This document shows, piece by piece, positions 1-7,623 of a stretch of 64,000 nucleotides of DNA (its first letter is position 1; each line of letters opens with the position of its first letter). Position numbers and translations under genes: made by a program. The stretch comes from Alphaproteobacteria bacterium. GTDB lineage: Bacteria; Pseudomonadota; Alphaproteobacteria; Elsterales; Elsteraceae. Where the stretch lies: contig JAAFIC010000007.1 in NCBI GenBank assembly GCA_013298565.1, positions 3,196 through 67,195 of the forward strand. Direction: 5' to 3'. The notes below the pieces were generated by a model that had not been told where the DNA came from, made no database searches, and saw only the letters and a list, made by a program, of their open reading frames with translations.

Positions 1-2464
1 AGCCGCCAAGATTAGGCAGCAGCCCGAACCAGCCATCCAGCGCCAACCCGGCGCGGGCCTGGGCGCGATACAGCGCAATTCCGAGCACGCCCGTTAGAAT
101 CGGGGCGAACGTCGCGCCACTTTGCGTAACGAGATTCTCCAGGCTGCTGCTATCAGAATAATTCATTGCCGCGCCGACGGGCAGGGTTTGGCCATCGACG
201 ATAAGGGCGGGCGCCCCGACCGCCATCGACCAGTCCCAGCCGGTCGCAGGCCCCCAGTTCAGCACTAAGGCGGATGGGCCAACAGCGAGAGCAGCGCCCG
301 CGACCGCAGGCGTGGTAAAGCCGTTGGGCAGGCCGGCGGTGACGGCAATCACCGGGAACGGCGTCGGCGCGCTAATTGCTCCAGCATTGGCGGTGAGTGC
401 CAGCAGCCCGGCGTTTAGCCGCAGATCGAGCGGTGTACTTTTGGCTAAGGTGATGCTGGACCCCGCCGCTAGCCCAACCGTTAGGCGCGTGCCGCCCGTG
501 GTAGGAGAATCGAGGAAGGCCGCCAGCGAAATGATCGTGCCGCTCGGCCCCAAGGCGACCAACCAAGGGTCGCTCGCGGTGCCGTCCCCCGTCACGCCGC
601 CGGGCGATGCGCCGGAGAGGGTGAGCAAATCGCCCAAGGCCGCAATCATGTAATGGAGCGGTTTTTGCGTGCCGATGGTCTCGCTGCTGGCGATCACATT
701 GGCCCAATAGGTGCTGAAGGCCGTGACCGGGTTCTGGAAACTGTTCAGAATCGCGCTGGGTCCGAACGGCGGCGCAAGATCGGCGGGCCAAATCTGGTTC
801 TGCGACAGGGCGGGTGTGCCAACCCCCAGGAGGGCGGCGAGCGATTGACCGACTGTGGTTGATTCACTGCCGAACAGGCGATTGAAAGCGGCAGTGAGCG
901 CGGTCGCGAGTTGATCGGCGGCGACCTGCACTACGTCTTGCGGATCGAGCAGATTGATACTGCCGTAACTGCCCGTCGGCGTGGTTACAGCGTTCAAGGT
1001 AAAGGTTGGCAGAAGAGTGACGCCTTCGGTTGGGTTGAGCAAGCTCACCCCACCGCTAACGCTGCCGAAAACGAAAGTCTGCCCGCCAACCTCGCCTGAA
1101 AACAGCGGCTTGCCGTCGGTACCGCTTAAGTGCAGGCCAGCGGAAAAATTACCCGTCAGGCTGGCGGAACTGCCACCGGGGGTGAGCAGAAAATCCATCA
1201 ACTCCAGCGCGGCGACGGCTTGGAACTGCGTGCTTCCGCCGATAATCTTGCCCGCCGACTGGTAGGTAAGGCCCGGATACAGGTGCCGCAGTCCGCTCGC
1301 ATCGACGGCAGTGCCAACGCTCAGGGCGAGCGCGCCAATCGAACTCACCGAGAACAGCGGAATTTGATAGGGATCGACGCGGCTGCCGCTGCCGGAAATC
1401 GCGGGCGTCTCGCCCGTCGCACCCGCAACGAGACCGCCAACCGCCGCAAGCCATGCCTGCAACAGGGTGGCATCGCCCGCAATCGCCGTGAACCAATCGC
1501 GGATCGGTTGGGCGATGTCGCCGCCTGCGACAGCGAGCGCGGCGAATTGATCCCAGCGCAGGATCGGCAGGGTCACGTCGGCGATGCCGGGAACGCTTGG
1601 CCCCAAACCCACGGCGGGCAGAATATAGCCGGTCGCGGCAGTCTCGCCGATAGCGCGCGTTAGCGCCCCCATCGCCAAGGCGGCAACCAAGGCTAAAAGC
1701 TCGGCCCCGCCAATGGCTTCGAGATCGGCGAGGGTATAATCTTTCGCCACCGACTCAGTTGGCAGAACGAGATTTTCGATGACTAAGGACACGCCAACGG
1801 CGGGGTTTGGCACAAACGATAAATCGCAGGTTAAGCGCACGCCGGTGAACGCGAAGCCATTGGTGGAAATCAGGCTTTCGCCTTCGCCCGCCGTCACGTC
1901 GAACCCGATTGTAATAGCGCCTTCGGCAGTGCCGAGTGCGACCGCAACCGACCCATCCATTTTCAGCAGCGGTACGAGACCCCAGACATTGAGGTTAATT
2001 TTATCTGGCCCGCTCAGTCCCGCCGCCGCCGCGCTCACCTCAACTTCAGAGAGGGCGACGCTGGTTTGATAGAGCGTGCCGACGCCCAAAATACTGCCGC
2101 TACTGCCCGTGGGCGTGCTGGCGATGTAGAGGCCCGTGGGTTTGGGGGCAGGGGTCGCCTCCGGGTTTAGAATCGGATACCAAACCCCCAAATTGGCCGG
2201 GGCCTGCGCGGGAATGCCAAGCGAGCCGCCCGAGGCTTGCCCAATAAGCTGCGCGATTAAGGCCGCAAGGGCAGGGCCACCCGAGGCCAAGCCGTCGCCA
2301 GTCTTGCCAATCGGGTTAGCGAACCAGTCCGGGTTGAGACTAAAGCTGCCCGGCGTGCCGGGGTCTTCGGTCAAAAGCCCAATGGCCGTGCCGAGGGTTA
2401 AGATCGGCGGATCAGCTTCCGTCGCGGTCAGCGTAAAGGGGTTGTCGGTCAGCGTGGCAATCAT
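1..2464 (-). CDS. N-terminal 821 codons of a very large hypothetical protein (3' end lies beyond the window start)
   Basis: This ORF is absent from the supplied track because it has no in-window stop. Hand translation of the minus strand from ATG 2464 (MIATLTDNPFTLTATEADPPILTLGTAIGLL...LRWDQFAALAVAGGDIAQPIRDWFTAIAGDATLLQAWLAA...) stays open to position 2. Third codon positions are GC-rich. The only track ORFs in this span are short and lie in other frames. The product is Ala/Gly/Leu/Thr-rich, with no signal peptide and no domain I can name. Confidence 0.6.
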   Translation of the reverse strand, partial: MIATLTDNPFTLTATEADPPILTLGTAIGLLTEDPGTPGSFSLNPDWFANPIGKTGDGLASGGPALAALIAQLIGQASGGSLGIPAQAPANLGVWYPILNPEATPAPKPTGLYIASTPTGSSGSILGVGTLYQTSVALSEVEVSAAAAGLSGPDKINLNVWGLVPLLKMDGSVAVALGTAEGAITIGFDVTAGEGESLISTNGFAFTGVRLTCDLSFVPNPAVGVSLVIENLVLPTESVAKDYTLADLEAIGGAELLALVAALAMGALTRAIGETAATGYILPAVGLGPSVPGIADVTLPILRWDQFAALAVAGGDIAQPIRDWFTAIAGDATLLQAWLAAVGGLVAGATGETPAISGSGSRVDPYQIPLFSVSSIGALALSVGTAVDASGLRHLYPGLTYQSAGKIIGGSTQFQAVAALELMDFLLTPGGSSASLTGNFSAGLHLSGTDGKPLFSGEVGGQTFVFGSVSGGVSLLNPTEGVTLLPTFTLNAVTTPTGSYGSINLLDPQDVVQVAADQLATALTAAFNRLFGSESTTVGQSLAALLGVGTPALSQNQIWPADLAPPFGPSAILNSFQNPVTAFSTYWANVIASSETIGTQKPLHYMIAALGDLLTLSGASPGGVTGDGTASDPWLVALGPSGTIISLAAFLDSPTTGGTRLTVGLAAGSSITLAKSTPLDLRLNAGLLALTANAGAISAPTPFPVIAVTAGLPNGFTTPAVAGAALAVGPSALVLNWGPATGWDWSMAVGAPALIVDGQTLPVGAAMNYSDSSSLENLVTQSGATFAPILTGVLGIALYRAQARAGLALDGWFGLLPNLGG

Positions 2465-2489
2465 GGCCTGCGCGTTTTTAAGAGACTCA

Positions 2490-3533
2490 TCAGGCATCGG
2501 CGGGATCCTTTCCCTCGGTCCAGACTATTGAAATAGGAATACCGTCAGCGCCCGTGCGCCCGTGCGATCCAACCCGACCTAGCGACCCATCGGGGGCACC
2601 AAGCCCGGCGTTCCCCGGCGTTCCGGCGATCCCGCCATGACCGCCGAGTGCAGTTGGCGTGATGAGGCCTAGGCGCGCGCCGTCGGCCCGGTCGCGAATA
2701 CCAATCTCGAAGCGCCCGCCCGCACCGCCGCGTCCACCATCGCCACCATCGCCGCCGTCGCCGCCGTTACCGCCGCCGCCCATATCGAAAAAGGCGATAG
2801 CATGACCGCGCCCACCATCGCCGCCCCCGCCGCCGGGGCCGCCGTCGCCCCCTTGTCCGGCCTGGGCTTCTATGTCGATACGCCCGGCAAGATGGTGCAG
2901 GAAGATTGATTGATCGGGCAGCGCTTGGCCGGGTTGTCCGTCGCTTCCAACGCTGCCCGCTGTTCCTGCAACCCCATCGGGAATGTCGCGGCTGCCGCTT
3001 GATCCTGTTGAACCAGCGGAGCCGGGGCTTCCCGCCTGCCCAGGTGGTGCCCGATATACAATCCGGCCCGGCGCTTGCGGATCGGCATAGGCCGAGCGCG
3101 GGTGCGTTAGTCCAAGGAGTTGGCCCACCGTGAGCGTTAGCGGTGCCGCCACCTGCAAAACCCCGCCCGGTTCAATCGCCAGCCGATACGCGATGAGATC
3201 GACAGGATCACCGAAGGGCGATTCGATCAGCAGAGTTTTGCCACTGCGGATAATGAGATCGTCGAAGGCAAAGCGAACCCGCTCGTGCCGGAAGGTTTGC
3301 ATGGCGTCATAGTCGGAGCGCCGCGCCACCCAGGACAGGCGGCAGATGTCGCGCTGGCGACAGGTGTCGATATAGGCGGGCCGCACCGGCGTGGGGTCGA
3401 GCCTATGGAATGCCAAAACCCGGTCGATAGCCTGCGCCGCTGCCTCGGGGATTTCGGCATGGCCCATACAGCGCCGCGCCGTCCAGGTTGGGCGGGGTAG
3501 GGTTTGCGGGATCAGGGGGCGGGCGGCGCGCAT
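2490..3533 (-). CDS. Glycine-repeat protein with an N-terminal globular domain of about 170 aa (hypothetical)
   Basis: Track ORF 2490..3551 begins with TTG. An ATG at 3533 lies 10 nt after the upstream stop. The C-terminal half alternates short hydrophobic strands (SIFLHHLAGRIDIEA, AIAFFDM, RFEIGIRD, IPISIVWTEG) with Gly tracts (GQAGSPGSAGSTGSSGS, GGDGGPGGGGGDGGRG, GGGGNGGDGGDGGDGGRGGAGG). Confidence 0.6.
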   Translation of the reverse strand: MRAARPLIPQTLPRPTWTARRCMGHAEIPEAAAQAIDRVLAFHRLDPTPVRPAYIDTCRQRDICRLSWVARRSDYDAMQTFRHERVRFAFDDLIIRSGKTLLIESPFGDPVDLIAYRLAIEPGGVLQVAAPLTLTVGQLLGLTHPRSAYADPQAPGRIVYRAPPGQAGSPGSAGSTGSSGSRDIPDGVAGTAGSVGSDGQPGQALPDQSIFLHHLAGRIDIEAQAGQGGDGGPGGGGGDGGRGHAIAFFDMGGGGNGGDGGDGGDGGRGGAGGRFEIGIRDRADGARLGLITPTALGGHGGIAGTPGNAGLGAPDGSLGRVGSHGRTGADGIPISIVWTEGKDPADA

Positions 3534-3543
3534 TGACTGAGAT

Positions 3544-5286
3544 TTACCCAACGCTCAAAAGCTGCGCGTAGAGCGATGCTGCGTGATAGCTCGTGCTATT
3601 GGCCGCCGTTGTGTCGCCGCCAGTCACCTGTATCGCCGTCGGCACGCCATACGTGGCCCCGCTGCCAAGGCGCTGGGTCAGCACATCGGCGGGTCGCTGC
3701 ACTTGAAAGCTGATTAGCCCGCTTGCCGAATAGAGGCTATTGGCGAGGGTAAAATCGGCGAAAGGCTGAGTGCCGAAACCATAAACGGCAGCGGCTTTCG
3801 GCAGTGCAGTGGGGTTGTTGATTTGCGCCTGATAGGCCAAGGTCGCCGCCGCAGCCCCGCCGTAATCATGACCGACATAGTAAACGCCCCCGGCTGTGGA
3901 TTGTTCGGCAAGCGCTGCGCTTAGGGCAGGCAGCAGCAGATCGACAAAGGCCAGAACGCCGCCGTTGATACGGCCATCGGTCATCCAGGTTGGGCGCGTG
4001 GTATAGCCGGGGCCGTTGATGAACCCTGTTTCTGCCAATGTCGCCGGGCCGCGAATAACAATGACCAGGGCATTGTTCGCGGGGTTTCTAAACAAAACTG
4101 CCCAGGGTAGGTTCGTCCAACTCTGCCCCGCCAGCAATACTGACCCCACGACCGTGTAGGGCGCGGGTACCGAAACCGCCGCACCGGGGTGCTGGCAGAG
4201 ACCATAGGTCGCCACGCATAGCTGCGCGAAAGCGGCGGCCAAATGCGGATCGAACCCTGTGGGCGGGGTGATGAGCGTGCCTGTTCCAGCTTGCGCTGGG
4301 ATTGCGCCGCCAAAGCCTTGCGAATAGACCGCCGGGGTACGATCGTACCACGGGGTATCGAGCGTGGTGCCAACTGTAAGGGTTAGGGTTTGCGGCGTGC
4401 CAAGCGTTAGAATGCCTGATGGTAAGCCAAAACCGCTCGGCCATAAATCGGTGTTGGGGGCGTTGATGCTGAACAGGCCCGAAACTGCCTTCGTTGCGAC
4501 GGTCGAAAAACTGCTGTCGCCCAACGGCGCGGCGGAGAACGCATAGCAACCGATGTCGGAGGCCGGGCTAACCTGCGTCGCCCCAAGCGGGCCGGTTTGG
4601 CCGGGGCGAAGGTCCAGCGCCGCCAGTTGTGCAATCGCGGCACTTGGACCCATGCCAACGCACAACAACGGGATCGAAGTATTGAAACCGGGTACATTCT
4701 GGAGCATCGGGAGCATCGACCAGATGGCGCTGCGGGCGTTGCTGTAGAAACTATTTGCCAGAAGTAGAATATTTCCCGTGGCAGCCGACGCATCCAACTC
4801 TAGCGCGGCGCGGCGCTGGTTGGCAGGCAGACGGGCCAGGGCAACCAGCGGGCTATCGATCTGGCCCCCAGTTTCGTCGGCACGCAGGCGCAGCACCTCA
4901 AGGCTGATTTCTGCCTCGGCGAGGGCATTGGTAAGCTCTATATCGTCGTGCGCCTCCGCCTTGCCTTGCAGTCCCCCGAAGGACAAATAACTCGGCGTGG
5001 CGCTCATCGTCGTGAACAGCGATGATTTAGCCCCGTAGAAAAAATCGGCCCAGCGGCAGCCGAAGGCCAGAATGGCGACGGGGGTATTGTTCCCGCCAAT
5101 CGGCAGTGTCGCTGTCAGCAGCAAGCCTTGCAGGCCGCCTGCTTGCCCGCCTGAAACCGAAAAACTGGTCACGAGATTGAACGTCGGGGGAACCCAAGCC
5201 TCTGTTACCGGGAGTGTCCCCGCCGGATCAATCAGTTGCAGCAGAGAGTTCGCGAGGCTGGGCGAATAGTTGGAAAAAATAGACAT
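3544..5286 (-). CDS. Tandem lipase class 3-like (alpha/beta hydrolase-like) protein with the nucleophile Ser missing in both halves
   Basis: A 580-aa ORF preceded by a GGGAG SD. The second half has LVIVIRGPAT ... VYYVGHDYGGAAAATLAY, which resembles lipase_3 (xVVAFRGT ... GHSLGGALA) with Ser replaced by Asp. The first half has VAILAFGCRW ... LLCVGMGPSAAIAQLAAL, with Ser replaced by Gly. No signal peptide is visible. Confidence 0.6.
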   Translation of the reverse strand: MSIFSNYSPSLANSLLQLIDPAGTLPVTEAWVPPTFNLVTSFSVSGGQAGGLQGLLLTATLPIGGNNTPVAILAFGCRWADFFYGAKSSLFTTMSATPSYLSFGGLQGKAEAHDDIELTNALAEAEISLEVLRLRADETGGQIDSPLVALARLPANQRRAALELDASAATGNILLLANSFYSNARSAIWSMLPMLQNVPGFNTSIPLLCVGMGPSAAIAQLAALDLRPGQTGPLGATQVSPASDIGCYAFSAAPLGDSSFSTVATKAVSGLFSINAPNTDLWPSGFGLPSGILTLGTPQTLTLTVGTTLDTPWYDRTPAVYSQGFGGAIPAQAGTGTLITPPTGFDPHLAAAFAQLCVATYGLCQHPGAAVSVPAPYTVVGSVLLAGQSWTNLPWAVLFRNPANNALVIVIRGPATLAETGFINGPGYTTRPTWMTDGRINGGVLAFVDLLLPALSAALAEQSTAGGVYYVGHDYGGAAAATLAYQAQINNPTALPKAAAVYGFGTQPFADFTLANSLYSASGLISFQVQRPADVLTQRLGSGATYGVPTAIQVTGGDTTAANSTSYHAASLYAQLLSVG

Positions 5287-5328
5287 TCTGTCGCTCCCTT
5301 AAATGGGGCCGGGGAAAAGGGCATAAAC

Positions 5329-5354
5329 GGGGGCAGCGCACGCGCACCGCCCCC
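5329..5354 (-). terminator. Intra-operon GC-rich stem-loop, possibly a partial terminator or attenuator
   Basis: GGGGGC...GCCCCC arms enclose a GC-rich loop. On the minus strand the stem-loop is followed by GTTTATGCCCTTTTCC. It sits between the stop of the 243-aa Gly-repeat gene and the start of the lipase-like gene. Confidence 0.35.
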
Positions 5355-5371
5355 AAAGCTGACTGGAAAAA

Positions 5372-6103
5372 CTAAGCGGTGCGGCTGATCGTATAAGTTC
5401 CGGCGGCCCCGCTTGTGGCGGTCGCGCCGCTGGCACCACCACTGCCATTGATGCCGCTTCTGGCAGAGCCGGTATTGGCTTCGTTAAGCCCACCGGCCCC
5501 GCCGTTACCGCCGTTGCCTGCGACTCCCCCGGTGCCGCCGACGCCGCCCATCGGTTGGCAGTAAATGAGGCCCATGCTGGTTTTCCACAGAACAGTGACA
5601 GAGCCACCATCGGCCCCTGTACCGCCGCCGCCGCCGTTACCGCCATTGCCGGCAGCGCCGCCCGCCCCACCAACAACAGGGCTGGTTTTATGCGTGTTGA
5701 GGCATTTCGAGATATAGTCCGACGAGTCGCTTTGAGGGGCGTCGCCGCCCTTGCCGCCATTCCCGCCGTTGCCACCACTTCCGCCGCTACCACCGTTGCC
5801 GCTTACGGACACGATGCTGAGAGGACCGACGAGCGTGTCGTAAATCAGGCTCAAGGCCGGAGCGATTGTGCCAGATGTTCCACCAGTGCCCGACTTGCCC
5901 GCTTCGCCCGCCGTACCGGGGGCACCGGAGGATGATGGCGCGCAGGTTCCCGAGGGGCAGCAACCGCCGCTGGTGTTGTAACTCCCCGGCGTTCCATCTG
6001 TCCCGGCCTTGCCAGGGCTACCAGGGGTGCCGTTTGCGCCATCCGTTCCGTCAACCCCGAGGATTCTTATCTGGTAGCCGCTCAAATCCAGTGCGCGTGC
6101 CAT
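5372..6103 (-). CDS. Glycine-repeat protein A (collagen-like GXY tracts plus GGN/GGS tracts; hypothetical)
   Basis: A 243-aa ORF preceded by an AGGAA SD. It contains QIRILGVDGTDGANGTPGSPGKAGTDGTPG (eight consecutive G-X-Y triplets), the Cys loop GGCCPSGTCAP, LSIVSVSGNGGSGGSGGNGGNGGKGG, the loop YISKCLNTHK, GGAGGAAGNGGNGGGGGTGADGG, and SVTVLWKTS. It ends in TYTISRTA. Confidence 0.7.
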   Translation of the reverse strand: MARALDLSGYQIRILGVDGTDGANGTPGSPGKAGTDGTPGSYNTSGGCCPSGTCAPSSSGAPGTAGEAGKSGTGGTSGTIAPALSLIYDTLVGPLSIVSVSGNGGSGGSGGNGGNGGKGGDAPQSDSSDYISKCLNTHKTSPVVGGAGGAAGNGGNGGGGGTGADGGSVTVLWKTSMGLIYCQPMGGVGGTGGVAGNGGNGGAGGLNEANTGSARSGINGSGGASGATATSGAAGTYTISRTA

Positions 6104-6212
6104 GGAATGATTTCCTTTGTGCTAGAGCAAATTCCGGGCAGATGGGTTCACCTGCAACGGTGCCTTTGCTTCAAAATCAATGACTGGAAAACGCTGCCGC
6201 GACCCCGAAGGA

Positions 6213-6896
6213 TCAGGCCGGTTGAAAGATGATCTGACCGATTTGGGAGGGAGACGTGGGCGCGCCGTTAGCGCCAGTTGAGCCGCCGCTGCCATAACCG
6301 AGATCCCCGTTGCCCGTCCCTGGTGCCCCGCCGTTCCCGCCCGAGGCCCCTTGACCCGCCCAACCGTATTTGCTCGTGTCCATCGTCATGCTGGTTGCAT
6401 TGTTCTGCTCGAACGTGATCAGAACCGTTGGGCCTTTGGGGGCACCATTGCCACCATTGCCGCCTCTGCCGCCGCCGCCGCCCTGACCGCCTTTGGCGTT
6501 GGCATAGGAAGTCGAGTTGCAGCAACTAACAGCAGTGCCGCCAGCTCCGCCGGTCCCGCCGGTCCCGCCGCCGCCGCCAACTCCGCCGCTGCCGCCCTGG
6601 CCACCGAGAACCTGAAAGATAAAAGCGCCTGTGATTACCTGAGTATAGTTGGTGAAGTCAGGTGCCGGTGAGCCGTCTGTGCCCCGGCCCCCGTCTATTC
6701 CGGCTTGGCCCGTGCCGCCATTTTGCGGCGGGCTTGCCGATGTCCCACAGTTTTGATTTTTGTTGCCGCTACAGGCACCCGCGTAGAAAGCAGCCCCGCT
6801 AGAACCGGCCCCTCCGGTAGCTCCGGCCCCGCCAGCGGTCCCGTTCGCTCCCATGACAAAAAATGTAGGAACAGCATCTGTAGAAACGGAAGTCAT
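6213..6896 (-). CDS. Glycine-repeat protein B (paralog of 5372..6103; hypothetical)
   Basis: A 227-aa ORF preceded by an AGGAGA SD. It has the same module order as protein A: TFFVMGANGTAGGAGATGGAGSSG, the Cys loop ACSGNKNQNC, GGTGQAGIDGGRGTDGSP, AFIFQVLGGQGGSGGVGGGGGTGGTGGAGG, the loop SCCNSTSYAN, GGQGGGGGRGGNGGNG, and TVLITFEQN. It ends in IGQIIFQPA. Confidence 0.7.
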   Translation of the reverse strand: MTSVSTDAVPTFFVMGANGTAGGAGATGGAGSSGAAFYAGACSGNKNQNCGTSASPPQNGGTGQAGIDGGRGTDGSPAPDFTNYTQVITGAFIFQVLGGQGGSGGVGGGGGTGGTGGAGGTAVSCCNSTSYANAKGGQGGGGGRGGNGGNGAPKGPTVLITFEQNNATSMTMDTSKYGWAGQGASGGNGGAPGTGNGDLGYGSGGSTGANGAPTSPSQIGQIIFQPA

Positions 6897-6919
6897 AATT
6901 TTCTCCTGATTTTAGGGTT

Positions 6920-7549
6920 TTATTTGCTAATTATTTGATTTGAAGTGATGCTAACCGGGACATTCATTTGAACGTATCCGCCAGACTCAATGGTAATCGT
7001 CCCGAAGGTTAACTGTGCCGGGTAAGAGCTATCAATGATTAGCGGATTGCTTGCCGTAATCGTAATATCTTGACCGGGCGTGTACGTAATCATCATCGGG
7101 AAATGCAGGCTATTGATAGCGTCTTCATGTTCCGACGAAACGCGGCGGCTATCGCCCAGCACATAGGAGCGCATGTGCGTTGAGAGCGTATCAATATCGT
7201 CTGCCGACAGCAGCGATTTGAACGTGCAGCTATCAGTCTTAGCGCGCTCGATGAGCGCCCGGAAATTGGTAGGGGAGGCCCCTAGGTACGTAATGTGGCG
7301 ATCTGCCCCCGGCGTAGCATCGAAATGCGCGTTGGGAACGCCGCCAATAGCCTTGTATTGGGCGATGTTAGCAACTTCGACTTGCTGGGAGCCAAGGTTA
7401 TCGCGCGATGGATTGCTCGAAATAACCATCGGGCCTTTGTGCGTATTCGGCCCAAAGAAGCGACCTGATAGCGCTTCTACACTCGAGCCAAGCGCCTTTA
7501 AGCGCGGCGCCAGAAAGTTCTGCTGATCTTGGGTAAGCAAAGTGGCCAT
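6920..7549 (-). CDS. Hypothetical protein, first gene of the orphan operon
   Basis: The track ORF extends to 7630. ATG 7549 (MATLLTQDQQNFLAPRLK...) is preceded by AGGAG at 7 nt spacing. The C-terminus looks beta-rich (ITITASNPLIIDSS...LTFGTITIESGGYVQMNVPVSITSNQIISK). I recognise no family. Confidence 0.65.
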   Translation of the reverse strand: MATLLTQDQQNFLAPRLKALGSSVEALSGRFFGPNTHKGPMVISSNPSRDNLGSQQVEVANIAQYKAIGGVPNAHFDATPGADRHITYLGASPTNFRALIERAKTDSCTFKSLLSADDIDTLSTHMRSYVLGDSRRVSSEHEDAINSLHFPMMITYTPGQDITITASNPLIIDSSYPAQLTFGTITIESGGYVQMNVPVSITSNQIISK

Positions 7550-7623
7550 GGAAATTACTCCTGGGAACAAGCCAAGCGGGTGGATTTGGGAAAAGAGCAG
7601 CCTTAAGGCGAAGAAGTCGAAAA

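Noticed and set aside
2490-6896. The GGC/GCC-rich periodic DNA might be a tandem-repeat array, CRISPR-like repeats, RTX calcium-binding repeats or PE-PGRS-like genes.
   Set aside because: There are no constant-length direct repeats with unique spacers, so this is not a CRISPR array. The periodicity is at the codon level inside intact ORFs. The protein tracts do not fit the GGxGxDxUx nonapeptide. PE-PGRS is a mycobacterial family with a PE domain, which is absent here.
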